Under the pieces are notes generated by a model. That model worked only from the letters and a program-made list of their open reading frames with translations. It was not told the DNA's origin and searched no databases. From Microgenomates group bacterium Gr01-1014_16 (GTDB lineage: Bacteria > Patescibacteriota > Microgenomatia > CAZETR01 > Amesbacteraceae), in contig VMGA01000003.1 in the NCBI GenBank assembly GCA_007376345.1, forward strand, positions 1 through 62,712: 62,712 nt of DNA, in the 5' to 3' direction. Within the stretch, counting starts at the first letter, position 1; the number at the start of each line of letters is the position of its first letter. Positions 36,623 to 45,023 of this stretch are shown here, one piece after another. Made by a program: the position numbers and the translations under genes.

Positions 36623-36707
36623 GGAGGGTACCTCGAACGGCTTAGAGACGGGTTTGCTAAACCCGAGTCGGGCAACCGGCTGGTGGGTTCGACTCCCACA
36701 CCCTCCG
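36623..36707 (+). tRNA. tRNA-Ser (GCT), class II
   Basis: Acceptor GGAGGGT/ACCCTCC, anticodon loop TTGCTAA, long variable arm, T-arm GTGGG-TTCGACT-CCCAC. Confidence 0.85.
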
Positions 36708-36763
36708 CAGATCATAAGGTTTCTTCTTGACAAATACACACGTTCATGTGTACAATCATTAAT

Positions 36764-37075
36764 ATGAATCTCACCTCTGCTCAAAACCTCCAGTACTTCA
36801 ACGATTTATCTGAAAGTTTAAGCGGAAATAAACATCCGTCCGATCACCGCATCCAAGTCAAAATGCCCCGGCGTGTAGTCAAGGAGTTAGACCGGCTTTT
36901 CCCTCACATTGATCGCAGTCGTTTACTCTCTCAGTTAGCCATCACAGCTATCGCTCAATCGCTTCGGTTTCAGGACCGTTCCATTCTGCGCGATCAGGCA
37001 GTATCGCAGCAGCTTGGGCTTAACGATATGATTACTTACTTAGAGGATCGTGATGCCGGCACAATCGATAGTTAA
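36764..37075 (+). CDS. putative RHH/MazE-type antitoxin
   Basis: Small ORF that overlaps the downstream MazF-like toxin by 26 nt. MPRRVVKELDRLFP suggests a ribbon-helix-helix. The start could also be 36746. Confidence 0.5.
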   Translation: MNLTSAQNLQYFNDLSESLSGNKHPSDHRIQVKMPRRVVKELDRLFPHIDRSRLLSQLAITAIAQSLRFQDRSILRDQAVSQQLGLNDMITYLEDRDAGTIDS

Positions 37076-37400
37076 CACCGGAGATATTTTTTTAGTCAAG
37101 TTTCATCCCGGATATGGCTCAGAGTTTCAAAAATACCGACCGGCTGTAATAGTCTCCGAAAAAATAACCTCTTTTGATCCGAGATTTACCCTCATTGCCC
37201 CCTTAACCACCAATACCAACATCGTTGTTAAAAATTTCGAGTTCGTTATTTCCAAAAACCCGGGTCTGGAAAAAGACTCTTTGCTTCTGTGTTGGTATCT
37301 ATGGACAATTGACGCTACCAGGCTTATCAAAAAACTAGGTAAGCTTAAGACTGTGGACAAAGTAAAAATGCTGCGGGCAGTTAGTAGTCTTTTTATATAA
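37050..37400 (+). CDS. MazF/PemK-family toxin (mRNA interferase)
   Basis: GDIFLVKFHPGYGSEFQKYRPAVIVS...LIAPLTT is typical of the PemK fold. Confidence 0.8.
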   Translation: MMPAQSIVNTGDIFLVKFHPGYGSEFQKYRPAVIVSEKITSFDPRFTLIAPLTTNTNIVVKNFEFVISKNPGLEKDSLLLCWYLWTIDATRLIKKLGKLKTVDKVKMLRAVSSLFI

Positions 37401-38132
37401 TGGCCAAACACACCCTCTCCCGCGGTAAAGCCGCATTTTTAGACTATTACACTCGCCTTTTCCCAACTCTGGATATAGACACATATTTATCAATATCGAA
37501 TCCGCCTGTCCTTCTGGTTTCTCCCATTCATGAATCGGAAATAAAAAAACAATTTCTCCTCAATAAATATTCATGGATCCCTCTAAGTTGGTTTCCCCAC
37601 CGACACCATTTTGGACGCCTGTGCTGCTCCTGGTGGTAAAACTCTGGCCACCCAAATTTTAGGTCATCCCACAATAGTCGCAGCTGATGCCTCTCTTCCC
37701 CGCTTCAAACGCCTCCGCTCTACTCTAAAATTATTCGGTTTCCCCGAAATTGCCACCGTCCATTCCTCCGTCCAGGCTTTGCCCTATAAATTAACCGGTC
37801 AATTTGACAAGATTTTATTGGACGCCCCTTGCAGCAGCGAAAAACACGTCTACAACTCCAAGCGCTTTCTCAAAATCTGGTCCGAAAATAAAATTACCAC
37901 CCTCTCCCACCTCCAACAACTATTAGTAAATACTCTACTTCCTCTCCTCAAACCCGGCGGCCTCTTGGTCTACAGTACCTGCGCCCTCAATCCTTCCGAA
38001 AACGAAGAAGTCGTATCCAAAACGCTCTCTAAGCATCCAAATCTAGCCCTCAAATCCATGTCCTACTCCATTCCCCCCTCCGACCCAATGTTCATCGCAA
38101 TCCTCCAAAACAATCGTATGCCCATTGTATGA
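37400..38132 (+). pseudogene. NOL1/NOP2/Sun (RsmB-like) RNA m5C methyltransferase, split by a +1 frameshift near 37586-37600
   Basis: The downstream frame has ILDACAAPGGKT, LLDAPCSSE and LVYSTCALNPSENEEVV. The N-terminal 60-odd residues are in another frame (37400..37590), and there is a stop at 37584 in the methyltransferase frame. Confidence 0.55.
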
Positions 38133-38159
38133 CTATCGCATGACCATCGTATGCCAATA

Positions 38160-38873
38160 TTATCTAGCCAGCACAAACCCCCAAACTTGCTTCACCCCAG
38201 CCTTTTTTAGCACGCGGGCGCACTCTCTCATCGTTGCCCCCGTCGTCCACACATCATCCACCAAAATAACAGCCGAAGGCGTTCTGATTTCCCTCTCCTT
38301 AAATAAGGAGAGGGGCAGGGGTGAGGTAGTAAAAGCGCCACTCATAGCGCTTAATCTCTCTTCCCTCGTCCTTCCTACCTGCGGCTTCGTTTCCTTAATT
38401 CTCGACAACAAATGACTATTGCATGCCAATGAATGCCGCGCAGCAAATGACTTAGCTATAATTTCCGCCTGATTAAACCCCCTCTCCCGCAATCTCTTCG
38501 GGTGCAGCGGCACCGGCACAACCACCGGCTTAGTTTTCAGGAATTTTTGAAAATTGAAAAATTGAGAATTATTTGAAAATTGAAAATTGAAAATTGAAAA
38601 TTCCCGCAAATAATCAAAGTAGAAATTGTATTTTGTTTTAGTAATTAATTTGCGGGTAATCCCCTCATATGTCCACAAACACGTCAGCCCCTCCAAATCT
38701 CCCTTGCAATATTTATGTCTTAATCCATTCCTGGAATTCCGCCCGCAAGTGGGACAAATCTGTTCCTCCTCCCACAATCCCACCTCGCAGTCACTGCACA
38801 CATAACTGCCGTATTTCCCACACCCCACGCACTTCTTCGGAAAAATCCAATCCAAAATATCCGAAATATTCAT
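38160..38873 (-). CDS. comF: ComF-family phosphoribosyltransferase-domain protein
   Basis: N-terminal double CxxC zinc finger and C-terminal VILVDDVWTTGATM PRTase motif. A heptamer tract and a palindromic element are both in-frame. Confidence 0.8.
   Translation of the reverse strand: MNISDILDWIFPKKCVGCGKYGSYVCSDCEVGLWEEEQICPTCGRNSRNGLRHKYCKGDLEGLTCLWTYEGITRKLITKTKYNFYFDYLREFSIFNFQFSNNSQFFNFQKFLKTKPVVVPVPLHPKRLRERGFNQAEIIAKSFAARHSLACNSHLLSRIKETKPQVGRTREERLSAMSGAFTTSPLPLSLFKEREIRTPSAVILVDDVWTTGATMRECARVLKKAGVKQVWGFVLAR
38290..38328 (+). repeat. palindromic hairpin element (E7), in-frame inside comF
   Basis: tccctctccttaaataaggagaggggcaggggtgaggta, translated as ..TTSPLPLSLFKERE.. Confidence 0.75.
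38543..38602 (+). repeat. TTGAAAA heptamer tract, in-frame in comF
   Basis: Encodes FSIFNFQFSNNSQFFNFQKF. Confidence 0.85.
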
Positions 38874-38886
38874 ATCTTCAATATAG

Positions 38887-38928
38887 CCCCCCCTCTCCTA
38901 AATTAGGAGAGGGGCGGGGGGTGAGGTA
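38887..38928 (+). repeat. palindromic hairpin element (E8), upstream of comF
   Basis: cccccctctcctaaattaggagaggggcggggggtgaggta. Confidence 0.75.
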
Positions 38929-38979
38929 CTGGGAAAAATGGACAAATCGGTAAAAAATGATATAATTCAATCTAGTTCA

Positions 38980-39336
38980 GGGGATGACGGGATTCGCTGA
39001 TTTAGCCCTTTGAAAACACATCAAGCCGAGTTTGAACCGCACTCGTAAAACAGGCTCAAAACTAAGTGTCAAAAATACTTTGACACGCGTGGCTAAGGCT
39101 CTCTTTGGAGAACCCAAGTACGCTCCTAATTATCTTTACGCTTAAGCGGGATAATTACGCATCTTAAATTCGCTTCCTCGACTGTGAATTTAGGGTGACA
39201 ACCAATCGAGGTGCTTCTAAACCAGTTTTGTTTAAGCGCGTTTAGAAAAAGACCAGTTAAACAAAAACAAAAAAGCTTGTACAAATGTGTTTCAATCCTA
39301 TTTCACACGGGGGTTCAACTCCCCCCATCTCCACCA
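38980..39336 (+). ncRNA. ssrA: tmRNA (SsrA)
   Basis: The 5' GGGGATGACGGGATTCG pairs with the 3' ..CATCTCCACCA, including a G3:U70 pair. T-arm GGGGG-TTCAACT-CCCCC. An internal open frame ends ...PNYLYA-TAA at 39143-39145. smpB is adjacent. Confidence 0.9.
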
Positions 39337-39761
39337 CGTTCCAAATCCCTCTTCTTAATACTTTCCCTCTTCTCATACTTCCTCTTCCCCCTGGCCAATC
39401 CCAATTCGATTTTCACAAACCCCGATTTGGTATATATCGCCGTTGGAATGAGGGTCAGTCCTCCGGATTTCATTTTCATCTGCAACGCCACCAGTTCCCT
39501 CTGGTGCAGCAACAATTTTCTCGTTCTCATCGGATCATAATTCGTGTTATCCGCGTGTTTATACGGATAAATCTGCATTCCCACCAACCACGCTTCCCTT
39601 TGAGTCTTGAACCTTGAATCTTGAATCTTTACATGAGAGCTTCCCATCTCCACCGCTCCCGCCTTTGCCGATTTAACTTCCGCCCCCGTCAACTGTATCC
39701 CCGCCTCCACAGTATCTTTTATTTCATAATCGAAATATGCCTTTCTATTAGTAATCTTCAT
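39315..39761 (-). CDS. smpB: SsrA-binding protein
   Basis: NRKAYFDYEI, AGIQLTGAEVKS, DPMRTRKLLLHQREL and a basic C-tail. The last 22 nt overlap the 3' end of ssrA on the opposite strand. Confidence 0.9.
   Translation of the reverse strand: MKITNRKAYFDYEIKDTVEAGIQLTGAEVKSAKAGAVEMGSSHVKIQDSRFKTQREAWLVGMQIYPYKHADNTNYDPMRTRKLLLHQRELVALQMKMKSGGLTLIPTAIYTKSGFVKIELGLARGKRKYEKRESIKKRDLERGGDGGS
39605..39630 (+). repeat. TTGAA(T/C)C heptamer tract, in-frame in smpB
   Basis: Encodes KIQDSRFKTQ. Confidence 0.8.
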
Positions 39762-39768
39762 ATTGGTC

Positions 39769-39807
39769 TCCCTCTCCTAAATTAGGAGAGGGATCAAGGG
39801 TGAGGTA
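39769..39807 (+). repeat. palindromic hairpin element (E9), 3' arm is the smpB Shine-Dalgarno
   Basis: tccctctcctaaattaggagagggatcaagggtgaggta. On the minus strand, GGAGAGGGAG lies 6 nt before the smpB ATG. Confidence 0.75.
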
Positions 39808-39817
39808 TATCCGGGAT

Positions 39818-41389
39818 TCACAACCCAATTTCCCAGATTTTAGCTCCGGAAAGCAAATATAATTTCTCATTCTGCTCATCGGCAATCATACCCGTCGCCT
39901 CCTTCGCCTGATCGAATATATATTGGCTCTCATATTCCCCAGTCTTTTTATACACCATTACCTTCCCCTCCCCCAAAACATACAATTTATCCGTTTCATC
40001 GCTCGTATAAATAACATCTCCACCCTCAATCTCCATCTCCATCTCTTTCACCCCCCTCGTAAATTTCAAAATTGAACATTGAACATTGGAAATTGGACAT
40101 TTTAGTATCCATATACTCCCGTCTATTGCCATACTTTTTCCCAAATCTTGCTTTTCATCCAACCACTCGTCCTTTTTTTCATTCGACCGATATACCCATA
40201 TTTCATCCGTGTCCAACAAATAAATATTTCCCGCCCAAGTCTCAGTGTCTTTTATCTCTTTCCACCCTTTATCTATGGGTATTTGCACTTGATTGCCCAA
40301 CACATACAACTTTCCCTCACTCACTTGTGCGACCACCTTACCGTTCCCCGATTTCAAACCCACCTCCACTACCCTTCCTTCGTCCGCCAAAATCCGCAAA
40401 CTTCCTTCCGCCATCACCATTTTTTCTCCTGTCATTCCATCCCGAACCAGTCCCAAATCAACCAACTCCTCCGCCTCCGGCCTTCTTACTCCCATCGCCT
40501 CTTCCCTCACACCCTCAATTTCATTCTCAATCTCCGCTATCCCCTTTATCCCCCTTAACTCGCTTATCCCGCTTTGAACTTCATCTAGCAGTTCCCGGCT
40601 TCTCACTGGATTCAACCCCGCCAGTCCCTTCGCCTCATCAAATTTCTGTTTTATTGTTTCTATCTTTTCATCTATGCCGCTCCGTCTTCTTTCAATTTCT
40701 TTCTTCCACATCGCCCCTCCTCCCACTAAAATCGCGAATAACACCAAAAACCCCACCCCAGCCCAAATCGGCTTTATTTTCGGTGTCCTCGGAACCTGGT
40801 ACTTGATGCTCGGCATCCTCACCCCTCCCCACCACTGCGTCCTCTCCGGTTTTTGTATTTGAATTTTGTCATTTAGATTTGAATTGATATTTGTAATTTG
40901 TAATTTGAATTTGATAATGGCTCCCACCGCGCCCCTCCCCCTCTCTCCTCCATGCACCACCGCTCCCAACTCCTCGGCGTCCGTCATTGTCCTCACCATC
41001 CCTTCCGGCACACACCCCCAAAATCTCTCATTCCCCATAGTTAAAGTCAATCCGTCCTCAATATTACTTACCAATACTCCCTGATTAGCCAACCATCCTT
41101 GTTTTCCCCCATTCCGCCTCACCCAAGTCTTCAGTTTTCCCGCTACAAAAACTCGTGTTGCTACCACCGCTACTACACCTACTTCCGCTCCAAATTCTCC
41201 CATTACCGCGGTCACCGCTTTTTCCAATCCCTCCCCATGCTGCAATTCTCTAATTCGGGTCAATGCTTCCCGCCCTGCCTCCGCCCCACCCGCGAAACTA
41301 ATCACCACTACCAAATCCCCGAAATTATGCACCTGTCCCCACTCCCCCTCCCCCATCTGTCCCACAATCTTCCCCACACTCATTTCCAT
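39818..41389 (-). CDS. hypothetical single-pass membrane protein (cytoplasmic N-domain, coiled coil, repeat-rich ectodomain)
   Basis: 523 aa with a central TM helix IWAGVGFLVLFAILVGGGAMW. Two low-complexity repeat tracts are in-frame. Confidence 0.45.
   Translation of the reverse strand: MEMSVGKIVGQMGEGEWGQVHNFGDLVVVISFAGGAEAGREALTRIRELQHGEGLEKAVTAVMGEFGAEVGVVAVVATRVFVAGKLKTWVRRNGGKQGWLANQGVLVSNIEDGLTLTMGNERFWGCVPEGMVRTMTDAEELGAVVHGGERGRGAVGAIIKFKLQITNINSNLNDKIQIQKPERTQWWGGVRMPSIKYQVPRTPKIKPIWAGVGFLVLFAILVGGGAMWKKEIERRRSGIDEKIETIKQKFDEAKGLAGLNPVRSRELLDEVQSGISELRGIKGIAEIENEIEGVREEAMGVRRPEAEELVDLGLVRDGMTGEKMVMAEGSLRILADEGRVVEVGLKSGNGKVVAQVSEGKLYVLGNQVQIPIDKGWKEIKDTETWAGNIYLLDTDEIWVYRSNEKKDEWLDEKQDLGKSMAIDGSIWILKCPISNVQCSILKFTRGVKEMEMEIEGGDVIYTSDETDKLYVLGEGKVMVYKKTGEYESQYIFDQAKEATGMIADEQNEKLYLLSGAKIWEIGL
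40070..40101 (+). repeat. TTGAACA/TTGGAAA heptamer tract, in-frame in 39818..41389
   Basis: Encodes KCPISNVQCSILKF. Confidence 0.85.
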
Positions 41390-41468
41390 ATAATTCCAGT
41401 ATACCCCAAGATCTCCAGGCGCAGACGCGCCAGTCCCGAGCGAAGTCGAGGGGCGCGCGTCGAGCCTG

Positions 41469-41699
41469 TTAAAGAATCACAACCATCCCCGCCGTCAACA
41501 ATATCGCCAATATCAAATGCAATATTCCCGCTATTTTTACAACCCGATTTGCTTCCGATTCCAGAGTTTCTGTCATTATCTTCACCTGCATCACCAGAAC
41601 TACCGCGAATCCGCAGTACAGCGCCATGCCCGCAATCATCATCAATTTTACCAGCCCCAACACTGAAAAATTGAGTATTGAATCTTGAATATTGAACAT
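41469..41699 (-). CDS. small two-TM membrane protein
   Basis: 76 aa. The N-terminus MFNIQDSILNF is encoded by a heptamer tract. Confidence 0.35.
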   Translation of the reverse strand: MFNIQDSILNFSVLGLVKLMMIAGMALYCGFAVVLVMQVKIMTETLESEANRVVKIAGILHLILAILLTAGMVVIL

Positions 41700-41700
41700 T
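41669..41700 (+). repeat. TTGAnnA heptamer tract forming the 5' end of 41469..41699
   Basis: Encodes MFNIQDSILNF. Confidence 0.8.
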
Positions 41701-42387
41701 TTATTCCCCCCGTTCCCTTCTTTTTTCCAGCTCCTCGGATAATTCCGAAATAATCCGCACTACTCTGTCCGGATACGGCACCGCCCGGGCTTCGGCCGTT
41801 CCGTCGGACGCCGCCGTGGCCACAAACACATCGCCGTACTTAAACAATGATCGGAAAAACCCGCCGGCTACCATCGAAGGCTCCTCAATATGATTCAAAT
41901 TGGCATAACTCACCACCCGAGTCAATAAATTTATAAAGTCAATATCCACCACCCGCTCGTTTGTTACAAAAAAAACCGAGTAATACCAATTCAAAAACCG
42001 CTCCAGTCCATACGCCAGCACCCCCAGGTACCACATCAGCTTTCCCATCACTACAAACCTCACCGGCACAGTAGAAAATACTCCCACAGCCGTCAGCAAT
42101 TCCGGTAAAACCACTAACCCCATCATTACCAATATCCATTTCAAATTTGTGATCGGGTGCGCCCGCAACAGCAGCACAACTTCTTCATCATCCTGCTCAT
42201 TTATAAATCTCTTCCCCGGATTGACACAGTACGCCCCCATCATCTCCCTCCCCTGCTTCTCCCCGGACTTTTCCAATATCTGGGCCACAAACACCTTCGG
42301 GTCAAACCTACTTGCCCCTAACGTAGCTTCATGCGAAGTGGGGTCTACTGGCTTCACTGCATCTGGGGCTTGATAAACATCCGGCAT
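41701..42387 (-). CDS. membrane protein with a bacterial PH-like (bPH_2/YdbS-like) domain (tentative)
   Basis: Two TM helices are followed by ...NERVVDIDF...FKYGDVFVATA, resembling bPH domains. Confidence 0.4.
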   Translation of the reverse strand: MPDVYQAPDAVKPVDPTSHEATLGASRFDPKVFVAQILEKSGEKQGREMMGAYCVNPGKRFINEQDDEEVVLLLRAHPITNLKWILVMMGLVVLPELLTAVGVFSTVPVRFVVMGKLMWYLGVLAYGLERFLNWYYSVFFVTNERVVDIDFINLLTRVVSYANLNHIEEPSMVAGGFFRSLFKYGDVFVATAASDGTAEARAVPYPDRVVRIISELSEELEKRRERGE

Positions 42388-42503
42388 AACTCAATTCTAT
42401 CACTACTTTCTTTTCAATCACGCCCCTCACGACTTGCGAAAGCGGACCCTGCTTTGCAGGGGAGCACTGAGCAACAAAGTGAGGTAAGGGATACAGAAAA
42501 AGT

Positions 42504-44240
42504 TTACTTTTTCTCTATATTAAACAGATAAGACTTGAGAGATAGCATCCCAGGAGCTCTTAAATTAAAGGCTTTATAAAAATTAGCCCCCGAAATGTTT
42601 ACCTCACCCCTATTAGTACTAAAAACTACCTGATTTGTCTGTCCATTACTGCCGTGTTTAATTGAAATATTTGTTACGTTTGTCACATTTCCCCCGTATT
42701 TTCCAGCCTCTTCAGCCATTTTTCCTTTACTCCACCCTGCCGTTCCGGTACACCCGTCCTCCGGCAGTATCCCGCTGGTGTCTCCCCCGCCGGCTACAAT
42801 AATCACCGCGTTTACCACATCTGCCATTTCTTCCGTCCGCAACCACGGGTGGCTTCGTCCACAGGTCTTGCCCGACCTCGACTTATACCACCCCTTATAA
42901 AACCACGGGCTTTTCGCCTTCACTTCCCACGCCCCGTCCGCCCACTTTGTCCAATCAGAAGTCGTGTCCCAAAATCCCGGCGTGCTGTGTCCACTCGCAC
43001 TGTACGCCTGCTGGTATCCCCCGGATGTTGACGCATACCAAGACGAAAACGACTTTCCTCCCGCCACCAGTACCCAACCCCTTGTCGCGTTCACCGCCTC
43101 CTCCCACCTCCCGCCCTTATTGGCCGGTTTATAAACTTGGCAAGCTTCAGTGGCACAAATCGACCCCGCTCCGTTGTTTGTGTAGGCCAGGGCATAGCTT
43201 CTCGCCGCCACTGCCTGTGCTTTCAGCGCTTCCATTCCCCCCTCGTCCCCCCAACTCCCCGGCATCTCGTAAATTCGCTTTACATAAGTTTCAATATCTA
43301 CCGTACCATACCCCCGCACACTTATATTTATATCCGTCCTATAAACCTTATCTAGACTTATTTCCCCATAATACGCCCGCAGTATCTGCTCCACATTTTG
43401 TCCAGCCTTCGCCCGTCCAAATGCTCCGTACTGGCTCATCCCCCGAAAATGCGGCGCCCCGAACGAAAACACCGCGAATGCCGGCGAAAATCCCGGATTA
43501 TAATCCGGCCGGGACGCCGGGTCGTCCGCCAGCGGCACATCTCCCACCGTCGTCGAAAACACTCCCGTCCTCTCCGCCAACAATTCCTGTTGCCGGGCAG
43601 ACAGCGCCGCTATCTTCCCTCCCAAGTCCGTAACATATCTATCTGCTTTTGCCACCTCTCCCGCCAAAAACGTCGCCTGCTTATCCACCCTCACCCTCAA
43701 TCCGTCCAAATTCTTTTTTTGGACATTGAGCATTGAACTTTGAACATTCAAATCATTTATTTCTCTAGAGATCCCTGATATGACTTCTCTATCATTCGCC
43801 GCCAGTCTCTCTCTATACCCAGCGTCTCTAAAAAACTTCTCCGCCGTCCCCGAAGAAAGTAGTACCAACAGCATGGGCTGTTCCCTCCTCCTCACATAAT
43901 CCTGCCTGATCTTCGCCGCCAGCAACTCCTCTTTCACCCCAATCTTCACCTCCCTCTCAAAAATATCCTTACTCAACTTATCCAGCTGCTTGTCCAAATT
44001 TGAAATCTGATTCTTGAGCCCTGCAACCTGAACCCTGAGTCCTTCCAATTCTTTAGCGTTGGTTGCGTTTGCCTTTGCTATCGCATCCAAAATCCCGGAA
44101 TACTTACCAATGCACTGCCCGATCTTAACCGCATCCGTCAAGCCTCCCGGATTGTCACACTCCTCAGCGCGGACGAGCGACAAAGCCACAAAGTAGCAAA
44201 GTAGCAAAGTAACTAATGCCAAACTTACTCGCTTAACCAT
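42504..44240 (-). CDS. SpoIID/LytB-domain protein with an N-terminal coiled coil
   Basis: Signal peptide, a long coiled coil, then RGMSQYGA...ALKAQAVAARSYAL...CATEACQVY, typical of SpoIID. Confidence 0.75.
   Translation of the reverse strand: MVKRVSLALVTLLLCYFVALSLVRAEECDNPGGLTDAVKIGQCIGKYSGILDAIAKANATNAKELEGLRVQVAGLKNQISNLDKQLDKLSKDIFEREVKIGVKEELLAAKIRQDYVRRREQPMLLVLLSSGTAEKFFRDAGYRERLAANDREVISGISREINDLNVQSSMLNVQKKNLDGLRVRVDKQATFLAGEVAKADRYVTDLGGKIAALSARQQELLAERTGVFSTTVGDVPLADDPASRPDYNPGFSPAFAVFSFGAPHFRGMSQYGAFGRAKAGQNVEQILRAYYGEISLDKVYRTDINISVRGYGTVDIETYVKRIYEMPGSWGDEGGMEALKAQAVAARSYALAYTNNGAGSICATEACQVYKPANKGGRWEEAVNATRGWVLVAGGKSFSSWYASTSGGYQQAYSASGHSTPGFWDTTSDWTKWADGAWEVKAKSPWFYKGWYKSRSGKTCGRSHPWLRTEEMADVVNAVIIVAGGGDTSGILPEDGCTGTAGWSKGKMAEEAGKYGGNVTNVTNISIKHGSNGQTNQVVFSTNRGEVNISGANFYKAFNLRAPGMLSLKSYLFNIEKK
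43721..43749 (+). repeat. TTGA(A/G)C(A/T) heptamer tract, in-frame in the SpoIID-like gene
   Basis: Encodes LNVQSSMLNVQKK. Confidence 0.85.
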
Positions 44241-44254
44241 AGTAAAATCTTATC

Positions 44255-44920
44255 ATGGCCGATTTGGTCTACGCTTTCCTGGACGAGTCCCCATCCCTCA
44301 ATAGTTCCGACCTCTTTTTCTGCGTGGCCATAATCCTCACCGATCTGTCCACCCAAAAACCCCTTGCCAAAATCCTCAAAAAAGCCCGGGGCAGACTAGA
44401 CCGTTCCCATAAAACGTCTGCGGAAATCAAATTTCACAAAGCCTCCGCTGCCACCAAGCGCTACATTCTCTCCGAACTGGCTAATATCGATATCGAAATT
44501 GTTGCCACCGTCATCGACAAAAACCACCGTCAGGTTTCCGACACTCCAGCAAATTATGGCCTGGTCATTGGCGCCGCTGTCGCCCAGTGCCTTACCCTCC
44601 ATCCTAACCTAGCCGTCACCCACGACCGGCATTACACCAATCGGCAACAATACACCGAATTTGTCAATTCCGCCAACCAATCTCTCCAGGTTTCTTCCCG
44701 TAAGCCATCGAGCGTCTTCTTCTCTCCTCCCGCCGACAGTCAAGTCCAACCCTTAATTCAACTGGCCGATTTCGTCGCCGGCGCACTTAATTACAAATAC
44801 AACCGCAAAGATTCCCAATACTTCAACCTTATCCGCACTCTGATCAAAAAAGAGTTTGTGTTTAAATGGACAGAATTAAAAAGAGCGGCGACCCCCGGGC
44901 TCCGATTCTCACCCCGCTAA
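44255..44920 (+). CDS. DUF3800-family protein
   Basis: N-terminal YAFLDES and C-terminal PLIQLADFVAGAL are the DUF3800 hallmarks. Confidence 0.75.
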   Translation: MADLVYAFLDESPSLNSSDLFFCVAIILTDLSTQKPLAKILKKARGRLDRSHKTSAEIKFHKASAATKRYILSELANIDIEIVATVIDKNHRQVSDTPANYGLVIGAAVAQCLTLHPNLAVTHDRHYTNRQQYTEFVNSANQSLQVSSRKPSSVFFSPPADSQVQPLIQLADFVAGALNYKYNRKDSQYFNLIRTLIKKEFVFKWTELKRAATPGLRFSPR

Positions 44921-45023
44921 ACGGGGATTAAGGCCGCACAAGGCGGCCTAGAGACACCGGGACTTACTCGTCCGCTCTCCAACCGCTATTATATACTTCC
45001 CATCAATGCTAAACTATCGGTAG

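Noticed and set aside
36515-36784. ORF 36515..36784 (minus, 89 aa).
   Set aside because: It is antisense to tRNA-Ser(GCT) and to the promoter region of the MazE-like gene. It has no protein-like features.
39211-39617. ORFs 39211..39540 and 39285..39617 (+).
   Set aside because: They start inside the tmRNA and run antisense through smpB. Both ssrA and smpB are strongly supported.
7704-43749. Could the TTGAACA tracts or the palindromic elements be CRISPR arrays?
   Set aside because: The tracts are contiguous 7-nt units with no spacers. The palindromic elements are dispersed single copies kilobases apart. No cas genes are present. I found no CRISPR in this window.
707-44000. Numerous + strand ORFs antisense to minus-strand genes, for example 707..1087, 1409..1942, 3234..4118, 9351..9801, 19462..19815, 27967..28475, 29118..29558, 40072..40806 and 42947..43633.
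   Set aside because: Their translations are Pro/Ser/Leu/His-rich low-complexity sequence, caused by the C-rich top strand. Each lies fully inside a minus-strand gene with clear family motifs. I treated them as shadow ORFs.
44912-44949. Hairpins CCCCG-CTAAA-CGGGG and GGCCGC-ACAA-GCGGCC after the DUF3800 gene, considered as a Rho-independent terminator.
   Set aside because: The stems are real, but neither is followed by a T-run, so I did not list them as terminators.
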